Source: Octopus sinensis (Eukaryota). Taken from it: 64,000 nucleotides of DNA. The notes under the pieces are model-generated. The model saw only the letters and a list, made by a program, of their open reading frames with translations. It searched no databases and was not told where the DNA came from. The stretch covers positions 38,564,001 through 38,628,000 of the forward strand of contig NC_043014.1 of assembly GCF_006345805.1 (NCBI RefSeq). The letters are read 5' to 3'. Positions 13,575 through 26,267 of this stretch are shown piece by piece. Every line of letters starts with the position of its first letter. Position 1 is the first letter of the stretch. A program made the position numbers and the translations under genes.

Positions 13575-13863
13575 GACCTGGAAATAGAGGTAACCAGAAT
13601 GTGGAATCTAAAAACAGGAACAATTCCTATCATAGTAGGTGCATTAGGCATGATAAAAAAAATATTCAGACAAATACATAACAAAAACACCAGGACTTAC
13701 AAACACATATAACATACAGAAAATTGCATTACTAGGTACTGCACACATCCTACGCAGAACACTTTCCATACAATAACCATCAGAGCATCACAAAAAATAC
13801 CCAAGGCACACAGAGCTGCGCTCGGTGGTGAAGTGAAAGCACGCTATAAAAATAAAACTACGG
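13572..13863 (+). mobile_element. 3' fragment of an R4/Dong-like (RLE) non-LTR element inside (TAA)n
   Basis: KDLEIEVTRMWNLKTGTIPIIVGALGMIK...IQKIALLGTAHILRRTLSIQ*; (TAA)n on both sides. Confidence 0.78.
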
Positions 13864-15020
13864 AATAATAATAATAACAATAATAATTTTGTTTTGGGAT
13901 TTGGTTTGCAAGATTCTTTATATGAGTTCGTGTATTGAAGCATATTCTGTTGTGTCGGGGGAGAGTCATTTTCTTTCTGTGCCTTATAATTTAACACACT
14001 AACCTGGGAATGGAAAATCGAATTGAAGGCTGGTTATTGTGGAGGTCGTTGCACTTTAATGATCATAGAACATATTAAGTTTGCAAGCGATGCAAAGTAA
14101 AGCTACTGAAGTGTTTTGGGAATAGATTATGGATAATGACTACAAAATATAGTTGTTTTACATGAAAGAAAAATTTCTTGTCAGATCAGAAACAGCCACA
14201 TAAATGGTGTAATGAAATTGAAGGAAGATATTGAAACTTCCTCTCTGCAAGTTTATTTTTTTCCACAGCAAAGGGAGCTATTTTTTCGGAGAGATAAGCT
14301 AACAAAAGCCCCTTTATTCTGTCTTCCCACATAGCCTGCGCATAAACTAACAACAAATGCTGCATAAAGTTAAATTGGTATGGAGCTTTCTGAAAGATAT
14401 GTACAGCTTTTGCAAGTAGGAGCAAAAACTCTTATTTAAAGGTTGATTCTTTAGAACAAATCGTATGTGATTGTTTAAAAAAGGTAAGTGAAACAACGGA
14501 CAACAGTTGAAATATCATAATGGATGGGTAAAGAAGCATCCTTAAAGTGAAACAATGCATTGGTAAGTAAACAAAGGTATCAACAAATAGAAGAGAGGGA
14601 AGGAAACATCACCTTTGAAGTAACTCAGAGTAGGTAAAGGTAAGTTTACCAAAGTTAAATGTAGTTTAAATATGGAAATTAAGATTGTTCAGTATTGGAT
14701 ATTCATCGCATACAGTGTTCCTACACAATTTAATCACCATAGCAGGTGGACAGCCAAAATTAAATAAATAAATAAAATCTACCAAATCTACTCTCAAGGC
14801 TTTGGTCAGCCCAAGGCTATAGTAGAAGACACTTGCTCAAGGTGCCACACAGTGGGACTGAACCCGGAACCATGTGGTTGGGAAGCAAGCTTCTTACCAC
14901 ACACTGATGTCTACACCTATTCACTTATATATCTCTAGCAACTTTAGTTGCTAAACAATGAGTTGTATGGTGACTGTCAGCTTACTGAAATCTATTTTTG
15001 ATTTCAATATGGGACAAAGT

Positions 15021-15621
15021 ACATTATTTACATTTGACGGATATTTGCCCTCATCTTGTTTGTTGTTTCAGCTGATATACCTTGCAGCCTTCATCAGGTG
15101 TCTTGGGGAAATTTCGAACCTGGGTTCTCACTCCTAAGGTATTTTTTGATATTATTATTATTATTCAGGTCACTGCCTGGAATTGAACTCGGAATCTTGG
15201 GGTTAGTAGTCTGTGCTCTTAACCCCTAGATTCTGAGTTCGATTCCAGGCAGTGCCCTGAATAAAAATAAATAATAATAATAATAATGACATCGAAAAAT
15301 ACCTTAGGAATGAGAACCCAGATTCTAAAATACCTTAGGAATGAGATCTCAGATTCTAAATTACCTTCAGAATGAGAGCCCAGATTCTAAAATACCTTAG
15401 GAATGAGATCTCAGATTCTAAAATACCTTAGGAATGAGATCTCAGATTCTAAAATACCTTAGGAATGAGAACCCAGGTTCTAAATTTCCTCAAGACACCT
15501 GATGAAGGCTGGAGGGTACATCAACCAAAATTCTGTGTTAACAACAAACAAGATGAGGACAAATATCCGTCAAATGTAAATAATGTACATAATTCCTCAT
15601 CTCTTAAATATAGAACTGTAT
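15021..15621. mobile_element. Fold-back insertion of a tRNA-headed SINE with a decayed hammerhead-like tail; 13-bp TSD
   Basis: Inverted arms; B-box-like GAGTTCGATTCC; flanking tatgggacaaagt at 15008-15020 and 15622-15634; six 31-bp repeats at 15297-15482. Confidence 0.7.
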
Positions 15622-15860
15622 TATGGGACAAAGTCTTTAACTTACAATATTATTAAACTCATTTTATTTTATATTGTCCACCTTTGGACATCCACACTAG
15701 CTGCATACCTGCTCAAAGCTTACAAACTTCCTACACTTCGCCCCTTACCTATCTTATTACTATCTGTATATGTCAATGATTTTTATAAAAACATAACCGA
15801 AAAAATTTAACAAAATTGGAAAATTTGACAAAGATTAACAAATGGGAAATTTGACAAAAC

Positions 15861-15918
<58 letters not shown>

Positions 15919-15974
15919 TTAAATAGAGAAATACAATTGACAGTCTAACAATTTATTACATTATAATGTCGTCA

Positions 15975-16290
15975 TCATCATCATCGTTTAATGTCTGCTT
16001 TCCATGCTAGCATGGGTTGGACGATTTTGACTGAGGGCTGGCGAACCAGATGGCTGCACCCGGCTCCAATCTGATCTGGCAGAGTTTCTACAGCTGGATG
16101 CCCTTCCTCACGCCAACCACTCCGAGAGTTTAGTGGGTGCTTTTTATGTGCCACCGGTACGGGGGGCCAGTCAGGCGGTACTGGCAACGGCCATGCTCAA
16201 ATCTTCTTACACATGCCACCAGCACAGGTGCCAGTAAGGCAACGCTGGTAATGATCACGCTCGAATGGTGCCTACGATCACGCTCAATAT
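15975..16290 (-). mobile_element. RTE 3'-UTR fragment
   Basis: Same family signature and tail. Confidence 0.7.
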
Positions 16291-16851
16291 ATTATAAAAT
16301 ATAACAACCAATTTTTTAAAGCAAAAACAAAGCCAACAATTTTCAGGAACACAATGTTTCAATAATGTAGGGGATGTCTATACTGTTTCTATTCTTTTGT
16401 TATTTTTTTGTCTCCCCCAGACAGTGGACTACTTTATCCAATGTCCTATTTCAAAGAGTATAGGATGTAATCTGAAGATTGCTATTTTTTGCATATCAGA
16501 TCATCAGCCACAATAGTTTGGTTCTTTAGCCAAAGTTGTTGACAAATAAAAATGAAAATAGCTTGGAATATTTCATTTTTGCATTTGATTTACAAAATTC
16601 ATGATGTGAACTTATGTGTTGAAACAGATTTTGTGGTATCTTGGGAGGGCCATTATGCTAATAATAAACACACACACAGTTTCTATTTCATTATTTTTTT
16701 TATTAGCTAATAAATTGGTTAAATACTAATGAATTGATTAATAATAATAAAAGAAGTGAAATACAACCAGTGCGTGTTTATTATTGGCTTTATGAACCTC
16801 CCAAAATATAACAAAAGGAAAATACCATATGAAATCAATAAACTGGCTTAC

Positions 16852-17015
<164 letters not shown>

Positions 17016-17244
17016 TCAAGAATAAATTATACGTTTTTTTTTTTTTTTTTTTTTGGTAAATATTTTTTATTAGAGTTCATAACAGTCAGTAAATACACAG
17101 AGTTTAATTCCTGAAATAGAATCAGCAACATCAAGCTTTCCTTTAGAGCAATGGACCCCTAAACAATTTTTCTACAGACCAGAGGATCAGGTACATAACA
17201 AAACACAATAAAGTGCCTAATAGATTCTTCAACTATTACATATA

Positions 17245-17391
17245 TAGGCGCAGGAGTGGCTGTGTGGTAAGTAGCTTGCTTACCAACCACATGGTAACAG
17301 GTTCAGTCCCACTGTGTGGCACCTTGGGCAAGTGTCTTCGACAAAAGCCTTGTGAGTGGATTTGGTAGACAGAAACTGAAAGAAGCCATCA

Positions 17392-17443
<52 letters not shown>

Positions 17444-17505
17444 TTCCGATTTTCTGAGTACCTCATTTCTTCTAATATAAAATACCTGTACATCATCTCC
17501 AAACC

Positions 17506-17548
<43 letters not shown>

Positions 17549-17745
17549 ATGTTTGTGTGTCTGTGTTTGTTCCCCCAACATCGCTTGACAACCAATGCTG
17601 GTGTGTTTATGTCCCCGTAACTTAGCTGTTCGGCATGAGAGGCCGATAGAATAAGTACTAGGCTTACAAAGAATAAGTCCTGGGGTCGATTTGCTCGGCT
17701 AAAGGTAGGGCTCCAGCATGGCCACAGTCAATAAAAGAAAAGAAA
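17245..17745 (+). mobile_element. SINE family A (with an internal insertion)
   Basis: Family signature. Confidence 0.75.
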
Positions 17746-18034
17746 AGAGAAAGTATATTGGATTGCCTCAGCATGTTGTCTCCACCAGAAAACGGCATGA
17801 GATCATACTGGTTTGATGAGCATACTCTGCCACACTAGTTCAACAGAGGGATGCAGTTTTTATACTCATACCCAGGACTAGTTGAGTCAATTACAACGTC
17901 CCCCCCTCCCCGTACTCAGCTGATCCTTCCCTTATTGACCCTCGAAAGGATGAAAAGCAAAGCCGACCTAGGCAGAATTTGAACTCAGAACATAAAGATG
18001 GACAAAATGCTGCTAAGCAGGCATGGCTTATAGA

Positions 18035-18425
18035 CACAGGTGTGGCTGTGTGGTAAGAAGCTTGCTTCCTAACCACATGCTTCCGAGTTCAGTCCCACTG
18101 CATGGCACCTTGAGCAAGTGTTTTCTACAATAGCCTCAGGCCAACAAAAGCCTTGTGAGTGGATTTGGTTGATGGAAACTGAAAGAAGCCCGTCATGTAT
18201 ATATACACATATATTCATGTGTGTGTGCCTTTGTGTCTATGTTTGTCCACCCCACCACCACCATCACCTGATAACTGATGTTGGTTTGTTGATGTTCCTG
18301 AAACTTAGTGGTTCAGCATAAGAGACCAATGGAATCAGTACTAGGCTTACAAAGAATAAGTCCTGGGGTTGATTTGTTCAACTAAAGGTGCTGCTCCAGC
18401 ATGGCCACAGTCAAATGACTGAAAT
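18035..18425 (+). mobile_element. SINE family A
   Basis: Family signature. Confidence 0.75.
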
Positions 18426-18580
18426 TTATTCTTTCTGCGTGGCCTGGTATCAAATGGTCCATGGTTCAGTACTGATCTGTGGTCCAGTGATTGAAGGTAC
18501 CTCTGTTTTAGCGTGTTAACTTCTTTGATTTGCATTTATTTGTTGTTGTTGTTGTTAAGCAACAAGACAGGAAGGGTGAT

Positions 18581-18931
18581 TAGGTGATGGTTTAGGTCTT
18601 AGGGGCAGGAGACCCCAGACCTTTGGAAAAAAAAAAACTTTGGTCGTTTTGTTGTAGTCGAGGGCTCTTCGTTGACACCCAACACCACTGGGAAGTGGCC
18701 CTCGAAGTTGCTGGAAATGGAGATCTCCAGGTCCAAATTCTTGTCATATATATATACGACGGGCTTCCTTCAGTTTCTTGTCATTCAAGAATTTGGACCT
18801 GGAGATCTCCATTTCCAGCGACTTCGAGGGCCACCTCCCAGTGGTGTCGGGTGTCAACAAAGAGCCTTTGACTACAACAAGACGACCAAAGGTCTGGGGT
18901 CTCCCGCCCCTAAGCCCTAGACCATCACCTA
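18581..18931. repeat. Inverted repeat, about 146-bp arms (about 10 substitutions plus one insertion), 42-nt spacer
   Basis: 18581-18743 versus the reverse complement of 18786-18931. Confidence 0.9.
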
Positions 18932-18987
18932 TACAGGGGCCTCTATCTGCTGTTGTTGTATGCCTGCTGGTGTTGCTAGTGGTAGTA

Positions 18988-19205
18988 TCTATTTCTTTAC
19001 TACCCACAAGGGGCTAAACACAGAGGGGACAAACAAAGGGATTAAGTCGATTACATAGACCCCAGTGCGTAACTGGTACTTAGTTTATCGACCCCGAAAG
19101 GATGAAAGGCAAAGTCGACCTCGGCAGAATTTGAACTCAGAACGTAGCAGCAGACGAAATATCACTAAGCATTTCGCCCAGCGTGCTAACGTTTCGGCCA
19201 GCAGT
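18988..19205 (-). mobile_element. SINE family B
   Basis: Same core and the same 3' tail. Confidence 0.8.
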
Positions 19206-20076
19206 ATCAATGGTGTTTGTAGTGATGGTGATGTCATTGTTAGTGATAGTGATGGTGATGATGTTAGTAATGGCGGTGGTGTTGTCGTTAGCAATGGTGG
19301 TGGTGGTGTTGCTGGGAATGATGCTGTTGATATTGATGTCATTTTTGTTAATAGTGGTGTTGGGATATTTGAAGTTGTTTGGTGTTGTGACTGTTTAGCC
19401 ATGAACAAGAAGGCTTACGATCAAAGGCATTCCAATTGAGGTCATCCTGTCTTTTCCCAGACGACCAGGTAACTAAGGACAACATAACCCAAAATATCCT
19501 TTTCCAAAGGCAGTAAGGATGGTGACGTGAAGGAGATTTTGTTGCTATTTCTAACAGACCAAACAACCACATAAAGGCTCCCCTGTTGGTCGATGTTACT
19601 GGTAGTGATGTTGTGTTGGTAGTGTTGTTGTTGTTGTTGGTGATGATGATGGTGGTGGTGGTGGTGGTGGTGATGGTGGTGCACATATGGCAGCCAGTGA
19701 TGGTAGCAATATTGCTGGTTCTGTTGACAATAGGAAATGCTCCGGTGACTGCTATTTGGGATGATCGACCCCACAGATTACAGCAAACAAAAGCTTCTTG
19801 CCCTGCTCTACTTGGTTTGAATACATAATAGCTGGTCATTTTTTTTACGAACAACAACAACAACAAAATCACAATTATTAAAGAAAAATAGTCCAAAACA
19901 AAAAGAGAAAACCATCATCATCATCATCAATATTATTACTACTACTATTATTATTATTATCATTATTATCATCATCATCATTATTATTATTATTATTATC
20001 ATTATTATCATCATTATTATCATCATTATTACCATCGTTATTATTATCATCATTATTATTATCATTCTTCTTCTTA

Positions 20077-20119
<43 letters not shown>

Positions 20120-20702
20120 CATCATCATAGTAGTAGTTTTGCTGAGTGCTTTTTTTTTTCCTTTTTAATTTCCCTTGTATTAACAGCCTTGTATACAATG
20201 TCTGCGTCTGTGTACGCAGTGCTTAGTAGTACTATTAAGACTAAGAGCTAGGTTTAAAAGCCACCAGACAAAAGAGGTTTAGTTGTGTGGTGGAAATGAT
20301 AGTTGATAAGAGTGCCAGACTCTAAAAAGCCACAGACAAAAGCAGGCAGTCTTTTGAGTGGAAGAAATTACAGTGCTAAATTCTAAAAGCCATCAGGGCA
20401 AATGAAAGACAGCTAAAATCATAGAAATGATAGAGCCAGACACTAAAAAGCTAATATTATTTAGTTATATAGTAAGGCAGCAAACTGGTGGAGTTGTTAG
20501 CATCTAAGGTAAAATGCTTGGCAGCATTTTGTTCGTCTAAGTTCTGAGGTCAACTTTGCTTATCCATTCAAGATCAATAAGATAAATACCAGTCATCTAC
20601 TGGAGTTGATGTAATCAACTTCCCCTTCCCCATAAAAGTTCTAAAAGGATTATTATTATTATTATTATTATTAAGGTAGTGAGCAGGCAGAATCGTTAGC
20701 AT

Positions 20703-21031
20703 CGACCCCCTAGGACTTATTCTTTGTAAGCTTAGTACTCTCTTTTGCCGAACCGCTAAGTTACAGGGATGTAAACACACCACCATTGGTTGTCAAGCAA
20801 TGGTGGGGGATAAACACAGACATACAAACATATACACACACATACATACATACATATATATATATATATGATGGCTTCCTTCAGTTTCCGTCTACCAAAT
20901 CCACTCACAAGGCTTTGGTTGGCCCGAGGCTATAGTAAAAGACACTTGCCCAAGGTGCCATGCAGTGGGACTGAACCCGGAACCATGTGGTTGGTAAGCA
21001 AGCTACTTACCACACAGCCACTCCTGCACCT
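20703..21031 (-). mobile_element. SINE family A
   Basis: Family signature. Confidence 0.78.
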
Positions 21032-21401
21032 ATGTTTACATATTTTGTATACAGTGTATACTTTTATCTCATTTCCTTTTCTTTTAAGTAAATTGTAAAC
21101 TGTACCTGTAATGTTCTCTTTATCTGATGCACATCTGGCAAATTAAAGAAATTATTATTATTGCTATTGTTGTTGTTGTTGTTGTGATTGCTGCTGCCAA
21201 GGTTATGAAGATGTCCAAGACGATGAATAAATTTGAATATAATGGGAACTGAGTATGGTAGCTTGAAATTCTTGATTCCATACTGGAGCCAGAATGGCTG
21301 ATACGAAAGAAAAGAACATCCATTTGACACCCACCTTCTACAATGAATAATGCATGTAAGTGTCAAACATTTCAAACTCACCTCAGATGATGATGATGAT
21401 G

Positions 21402-21436
<35 letters not shown>

Positions 21437-22627
21437 TATTGAGCTAAGGAAAACAACTAAGAATCAATGTGTGTAGGTGGAAGACAGATAGAGAGAGAGA
21501 GAGAGAAAAAGAGAGAGAGAAAGTGAGACAGATGTTCTAGAATCAACATGAAATACAAATAGATGAATGACACTACAGACTGAATGTAAAAGTACAATGA
21601 AGTTATAGATAAGACTCCAGATCAGCCAAACTGAGCAGACCAATGATATGATTAAAAGCGCTCTGCCCTTGAGTATCTCGTTTTTACCTTTTCCTTTTTT
21701 CCTTTTGTTTTTTATTTTATCACATAGGCCAGGCATGGCTGTGAAGTTTCTGGTTCAGTCCCACTGTGCAGCAGTTGGGACAAGTGTATTTTTTCTATTA
21801 TAGACCTTGGTTGACCAATGTCTTGTGAGAAAATTTAATAGACGGAAACTATGTGGAAGCCTGTTGTGTGTGTGTGTGTTTTTGTGCTTGTCCTTTGCAT
21901 AAAAAAATATGGCTGACGTGAGAAAGACAAAGCTAATGATAGAAACAGCTCCATAGCACATTTGAATTTGAACTACAAAAAAAACATAATTGAAAAACAG
22001 ATAGGAAAAGAGATAAAAAAAAGCAAATGTTAACTCAGTACTTCACTACAACCATAAAGATAAATCTTGAAAATTATATAAAGTAATTTTGTTGTTGTTG
22101 CTAAAGTTGTTTCCCCACTGTCCCTGAAGTCAGTTGACTCAAATTTTCATATAAAAGGATGAATTAAAAAAAAAATAATAATAACTAGGTGCAAGAATGG
22201 CTATGTTGTGTCCTTCAGGTGATCTGGTGCCCTCTTTGACACCCTTCTGGCAATTCTAGGATAGGTGGGGCTCTACTAAAGGAAGTTGACCATGGCAGCA
22301 TTTGAACTCAGAACATAGAGAGTTTTAGCCTTCAAATGATGCCACCCCGCTGGCTAAGTGAGCAGGCCAACAGAAAAAAAGAGTGAGAGGAAGTTGTGGC
22401 GAAAGAGTACATCAGGGATCGCCACCACCTCCTGCAGGAGCCTCGTAGAGCTTTAGGTGTTTCCACTCAATAAACACTTACAACACCCGGTCTGGGAATC
22501 GAAACCATGATCTTATGACTGTGAGTCCGCTGCCCTAACCACTGTGCCATTGCACCTCCACTGTATATACATATATGCATATGTATGTATATATATTTGT
22601 GTGTGTATGTATGTATGTGTGTGTGTG

Positions 22628-22678
<51 letters not shown>

Positions 22679-23714
22679 GTGTGTGTGTGTCTATCTTTTC
22701 GTCTTGTTACATGATAGTTGTGAATATGTATCACTATCATTCATTCCCAATCTTCCATGAAAACACATCTTGTCACAGGGAAATATCATCTTGCTTGGAA
22801 ACAAAGAAGTGTTGGTGGCAGGAAAGGCACCCAGTATTAGAAAAAAAAAATCTACCTCAACAAATTCTATTTCAACCATGCAAGGTTGCAAAAGTTAATA
22901 ATAAAATGATGACAATGACGATGACAAAAATGAATGTTCAAAAGAAAAAAGAAAGAAAGAAAAGTGTAAGAAGATCATTTATTCTTTTTTTTAAAATTTT
23001 CTTTAATGATCTTTATACAACAGAAATTAAACAAAACACAATTTTTAAATAACAGAAATATCTTCGGAGATGTTCTTGCATAGCAAGTGACTTGATCTGA
23101 GATTGTGTGCTGAAACAAAAACAATTGCAGCGTGGAAGGTGTTTATAAACCATTTAAGAAACACACAAAAACCGTTAGATTCACTTCAACATCTAAATTT
23201 AATTTGTCAAAATATTTTCGTCGTTTTGAAACTACAACCTATTCACTGACGAAATTTCCATGCTGCATCTCACTTTCATAAACAGGTGACAAAGCAAAAT
23301 GAATAATTGAAATATATTTTACATAGATTAATCTTGAGGCTAAAAATTTTTTCTCATAAATCACAATTTATTTTGAAATTATACTCTACTATTTCAAGTA
23401 CAACATTAATTTATATTAATCATCTTATACAAAATATTTCAACTTAGTATCATAGAATTTGTTTCTATTTCCATTTTCCACCCACCTCTTCTTGGACAAA
23501 ATGCTTAGCAACATTTATTCCTGCTTCATATTCTGAGTTCAGATTCTACTGAGGTTGATTTTGCCTTTTATCCTTTCAGGGTCGATAAATGAATACTAAT
23601 TGAGCACTGGGTGGATATAGTCGTCTAGCTCCCTTCTACCAAAATTTCAGGCCCTGCACCTATAGTACTAAGAATTATTATTATTGAGCGAGAGAACAGT
23701 GCATGCCATTAAAG

Positions 23715-24060
23715 TTGGGTCGGGACCCCCTTCGGTCACGACACTGACCATGGGATTGCACCTAGAAGGTTACCCTCCTAGTAACAAGTCTGGGCAAGGT
23801 GGTTTATGGAAGACCAGCAGTCGCCCATGCATACTGGCCTCCCCTCTCCACGCCACCAGTGTTATCCAAGGGAAAGGCAAAGGGGCCGATACAGCTTGGC
23901 ACCCATGACGTCGCAACTCATTACTACAGCTGAGTGAACAGGAGCAACGTGAAATAAAGTGTCTTGCTCAAGTACACAACACGCAACCCGATCCGGGATT
24001 CGAGCTCACAACCTCACGATCGTAGGCTCGATGCTCTAACCACTGAGCCATGCGCCTGCA
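23715..24060 (-). mobile_element. Third tRNA-derived SINE family (related copies near 31540, 48810, 49430, 52490)
   Basis: tRNA-like head followed by gtgttgtgt.cttgagcaagacactttatttcac on the minus strand. Confidence 0.65.
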
Positions 24061-24200
24061 ATTAAAGTGACACTGGGGTAAAATATATGAAGCCTAGTAC
24101 ACCCATCATGACTACCTGTCTGATAATGGTACACTAGGTGCATGCATCACAACCATATGTGCATGACATGGTGTACTCATATCAAGATAAACAGTGCATG

Positions 24201-24329
24201 TTTGATTTGCTGTCAAGGTTGACTACTCTAGCTTTTTCCGTTCCCAAAGCAATTACTAAACCCTCACTGTATTGTAATTGCTTTAGGAAAGGAAAAAACT
24301 AGGGGAGTCAACCTTGACAGCAAGTCAAA
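24201..24329. repeat. Imperfect hairpin, 56-bp arms (50/56), 17-nt loop
   Basis: Direct alignment of 24201-24256 with the reverse complement of 24274-24329. Confidence 0.9.
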
Positions 24330-24657
24330 GACTGGTGTCTTTCAGGTGATCTGGTGCCTTCAGTGAGGGTTTTGTACTTGGAGCTTTTCCCATAACATGC
24401 TAATTAATCTGTCAATAAAAAGCTACCAGTAATAGCACTAAGATTTATCCAGTCAACTCTAAAGATCTCCGACAAATAATGTGGCAGTGTGCTATCAATA
24501 TCAGAAGTCATTATCATTATGGGAACATTCCATGTTTATATCCTACCATAATTGATTCAACATGCTGCTATTGGTGATTAAAATCCATATCAATTATGGC
24601 CTGGGGCCAAAGACAGACATCATCATTGTGGCTATTTATCTACACACATACTAGTGG

Positions 24658-24705
<48 letters not shown>

Positions 24706-25073
24706 CAGACAGAGAGAGACAGAGGGACAGACAGACAGACAGACAGGCAGGCAGGCAGGCAGGCAGAGACAGAAAGTGAATGAATGAAAGAGAATGAGTG
24801 ATAAAGAGCAATACAGGAAGTCTCAGAGAGGAAGTGATAAAGAGGGTGAGTAGGATGGAAATTGAACACATATGTCCTTGGTTTGCTCCCAAACACATTT
24901 GCTATTATGTTACTAAAAATGATGATAATGATGATGATCACCAACAACATACTATAATCATTAAATGTAATCTTATAACCTACTAATCCAAATGTTACTT
25001 ACATGCATATATCTATTTTCTTAAAGGTAACCTTTCTAATGTACTTTAGCTACACTTCAATATACACACAGTA

Positions 25074-25490
25074 AGGCGTAGGAGTGGCTGTGTGGTAAGT
25101 AACTTGCTTACCAACCACATGGTTCCGGGTTCAGTCTCACTGCACGGCAACTTGGGCAAGTGTCTTCTACTATAGCCTCGGGCCGACCAAAGCCTTTGTG
25201 AGTGGATTTGGTAGACGGAAACTGAAAGAAGCCCATCGTATATATATAATGTGTATATATATATATATATGTGTGTATGTGTGTGTATATGTTTGTGTGT
25301 CTGTGTTTGTCCCCCCAACATCGCTTGAAAACCGAAGCTGGTGTGTTTACATCCCCGTAACTTAGCGGTTCGGCAAAAGAGAACGATAAAATAAGTACTA
25401 GGCTTACAAAGAATAAGTCCTGGGGTCGATTTGCTCGACTAAAGGACCGCCACAGTCAAATGACTGAAACAAGTAAAAGAGTAAAGAGAG
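25074..25490 (+). mobile_element. SINE family A
   Basis: Family signature. Confidence 0.8.
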
Positions 25491-25589
25491 TAAAACCAGG
25501 GCTGGAAATAAGTAAAAAGTAGGTTTTATATATACACATATACACAGATGTTCGTGTGTGTGTGTGTGTGTTTGTAACATGTAAAATTG

Positions 25590-26006
25590 TATTCGTGCCA
25601 GTGGCGCACAAGTTAACCTGTGCCAGTGGCACATAAAAGGCACCTAGCACACTTTCAAGTATTGGGCCTCGTGGAGGCAAAGTGGCTGAGTTCCTTTCAA
25701 GTGTTGGGCCTCACAAAGGCAATGACCAAAACCTTTGGCATTATGTTGTGCTTGAGAAGAAGACCCATAAAACCAAGCAAAATTGCAGTCATGGCAGATA
25801 CTGATGTCACGCAAATGGTACCCATGCTGGTGGCATGTAAGGGTACCAATTACAATCTCGGGGTGGTTGGCATTCAGAAGGGCATCCAGCCATAGAAGCC
25901 AAACCAAAACAGACGACTGGACCCTGGACAGCTCCCCAGCTGGCCAGCTCCAGTCAAACCATCTAGCACATGCCAGCATGGAAAATACATGTTAAGCAAT
26001 GATGAT
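25590..26006 (+). mobile_element. RTE 3'-UTR fragment
   Basis: Reverse orientation of the same family. Confidence 0.65.
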
Positions 26007-26040
26007 ATGGTTGTACGGTTAAGAAGTTTGCTTTCTAACC

Positions 26041-26267
26041 TATTTCTTTACTACCCACAAGGGGCCAAACACAGAGAGGACAAACAAGGACAGACACACA
26101 GATTAAGTCGATTACAGCAACCCCAGTGCGTAAGTGGTACTTAATTTATCGACCCCCGAAAGGATGAAAGGCAAAGTCGACCTCGGCGGGATTTGAACTC
26201 AGAACGTAGCGGCTGACGTAATACCGCTAAGCATTTCGCCCGGCATGCTAACGATTCTGCCAGCTCA
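26041..26267 (-). mobile_element. SINE family B nested in a family A head
   Basis: Family A head sequence is split (ctttctaacc | acgtggt). Confidence 0.8.

Noticed and set aside
14040-14600. Non-repetitive stretch with a 79-aa ORF
   Set aside because: No recognisable motif or consistent splice structure.
15297-15482. CRISPR-like regular repeats (also the 50-bp repeats at 63503)
   Set aside because: No unique spacers, no cas genes, eukaryotic context.
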